This document shows, piece by piece, positions 61,760 through 64,000 of a DNA stretch of 64,000 bases. The notes below the pieces were generated by a model, which ran no database searches, was not told where the DNA came from, and saw nothing but the letters and a program-made list of their open reading frames with translations. The stretch is from Eledone cirrhosa (lineage: Eukaryota), in assembly GCA_964016885.1 (NCBI GenBank), contig OZ024741.1, forward strand, positions 226,362,001 through 226,426,000, written 5' to 3'. Positions within the stretch are counted from its first letter, which is position 1. Every line of letters begins with the position of its first letter. A program made the position numbers and the translations under genes.

Positions 61760-63855
61760 AACACGACTAGTTACAAAATTACAAGTATAATCCATTAATG
61801 GAACAGTAAATATATGTAAAACATTCCAAAAATTCTGCATCTAATAACTGCATATACACATGTACAGATACAAAGCATATACACATGCACACATACAACT
61901 CAAAACATCCACATCCACACATACAGTAACATCCATACCTGCACACACAAGCATTCATGTAGACATGCATACATATCTACCTAGTTGATGTGTAAATTCC
62001 AATGAGAGAGTCTTGTATCTACGTTAGAAACCGACTCTCTCTCTATTAGCAAAAATTTGTGAAATTATAAAACCAGAAGAACATACATACATATATATAT
62101 ACATTTATGGACGATCTGAAACTCTATGCCAAGAACATGGATGGGATGAAGAAAAATCTTGACCTGGTTAGAACGTTCTCAAAGGATATAGGAATGGAGT
62201 TTGGCCAAGATAAATGCTCATACATGACTGTAAAGCGGGGAAAAACAACAACCCAATCTAGCAACATTGTCATCAATGGCTTTACTGTTTCACCGATATC
62301 TGATGAGGACTGCTACAGATACCTGGGGATAGATGAGAACATATCCTATAATGGTATCTGTAATAAACAACGCGTAACCAGGGAATACTACACCCGATTA
62401 AGAAAGATCTGGTCATCGGAACTCTCTGCGCAAAACAAAACAGTGGCTCACAATGTGCCTGTCCTAACACCAACGTTTGGAATAATCAATTGGACGATAG
62501 ACGAAATCCGAGCAGTTGATGTTGGAACTCGAAAAATACTAAACAACACCGGAAACTTCCACATCAACAGTGACATAGACCGCCTTTACTTGAAACGTAA
62601 GCAGGGAGGCAGAGGCCTAACATCAGCCCAGACAACATTTGAATGTCGCATCATATCTCTCCGACAACATCTACGAACCTCGAAGCGTAGGAGCCCGTCT
62701 CTCGAGCAAGTCTATGTGCTTGAAACAGATAAGATCATGATAGTTGGGAAGGAACTCCTCGAGAGATATTCCCTGTGTGATAATCAAAAACTCACACCCA
62801 GGGAAGTCGCTCAGAAGTATCGCAGTGAATCCATGGATGAAAAACTGCATATTTATCAGCAAAAAATTATGCATGGATATGTTGCCAGAGAGCTCCAGAG
62901 TGAGAGTAATATAGATAAGGAAAGTAGTCTATCTTGGACCAACAACCGCTATATTAGCTTCCACTTTGAAGGATACGCTTTTGCAATCCAAGAACAGGAG
63001 ATTAACACGAAATACCTGATTCACAAAAAAGATAGGGATGCAGGCAAAACACCTAGATGTGATAACAAGTGCAGACTCTGCAGAACTAACATCGAGGATA
63101 TAACCCCTGTCATCAGCAGCTGTCCAAAGATGTCATCGCGGTACTATCTACCTATGCGGCATGAAGTAGTGGCCAAAACACTGTACAATGCAGTTCGTAA
63201 AAAAGATAGCCCCGATAATAAACACATTAAAAGCTACAACAATGTGGAAGACATCCATGTACATAATATGAAAGAGTACTGGTGGAATGTTCCAGTAAAA
63301 ACCCCAATAAAATGCAGGCATAACAGACCAGATATTATGCTATGGGACAGGGAGAAGAAAACATGCACAGTAGTGGAAATTAGCTGCCCAGCAGATGCCA
63401 ATATAATATCAAAGATTAGTGAAAAGGAGAATATTTATGCAGAACTGATGAGAAATTTGCAGATACTCCACACTGATTACACCTTCAGATTTATGCCTGT
63501 GATTATTGGGGCACTGGGGTATGTTAGTAACTGCCTCAATACAAATCTTGAGAAGCTATGACTCACAGGCACAGAAAGAACACAACTAGTTAGGAAATTA
63601 CAAGTACAATCCATTAATGGGACAGTAAAAATATGTAAAACATTCCAAAAATGTTGCATCTAATAACTGCATATACACATGTACAGATGTAAAGCATATA
63701 CACATGCACACATACAACTCAAAACATACACATCCACACATACAATAACATCCATATCTACACATGTAAATTCCAATGAGAGAGTTTTGTGTCTATGTTA
63801 GAAACCGACTCTCTCTCTATTGGTAAAACTTTGTGAAATTATAAAACCAGAAGAA
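61760..63855 (+). mobile_element. R4/Dong-like non-LTR retrotransposon with restriction-like endonuclease, 5'-truncated, preceded by a tandem 3'-end copy
   Basis: ORF 62107-63561: MDDLKLYA, GGRGL, CRLC..S.C zinc knuckle, RH, NRPDI..D..VEIS..K. 61760-62081 duplicates 63579-63855. Both 3' ends run into (CATA)n. Confidence 0.88.
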
Positions 63856-64000
63856 CATACATACATGTATACGTGTATATGCAAGTGTGTGCATACGTGT
63901 ATATGCAAGTGTGTGTATGTATGTGCCGTATACTCTTAAGTACCTTAAGAGCTTTTGGAGCTAGTTGGGTAAACGGAAGTAGTGTTATTCGTGTTTATAG

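Overview
AT-rich, microsatellite-dense animal genomic DNA. The SINE set and repeat landscape suggest an octopus/coleoid cephalopod (inference). One host coding exon is supportable: the first coding exon of a transmembrane adenylyl cyclase (rutabaga/ADCY1-8-like, minus strand, 19335-20267), with a long hydrophilic TM3-TM4 loop. The rest is simple repeats, tRNA-derived SINEs, decayed CR1-, RTE-, CRE- and R4/Dong-like LINEs and several Penelope-like elements (PLEs). The main signal, found by eye, is about 30 type-I hammerhead ribozyme (HHR) motifs from roughly 15-18 sequence families. Two lie in 3' pseudo-LTRs continuous with PLE coding sequence. Most lie in short non-coding inserts embedded in (TA)n. 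These inserts are either fold-back palindromes with two divergent ribozymes or partial tandems with 423, 428 and 694 nt periods, resembling non-autonomous PLEs/retrozymes that could yield circular RNAs. Structures were folded by eye; no activity or database search was tested.
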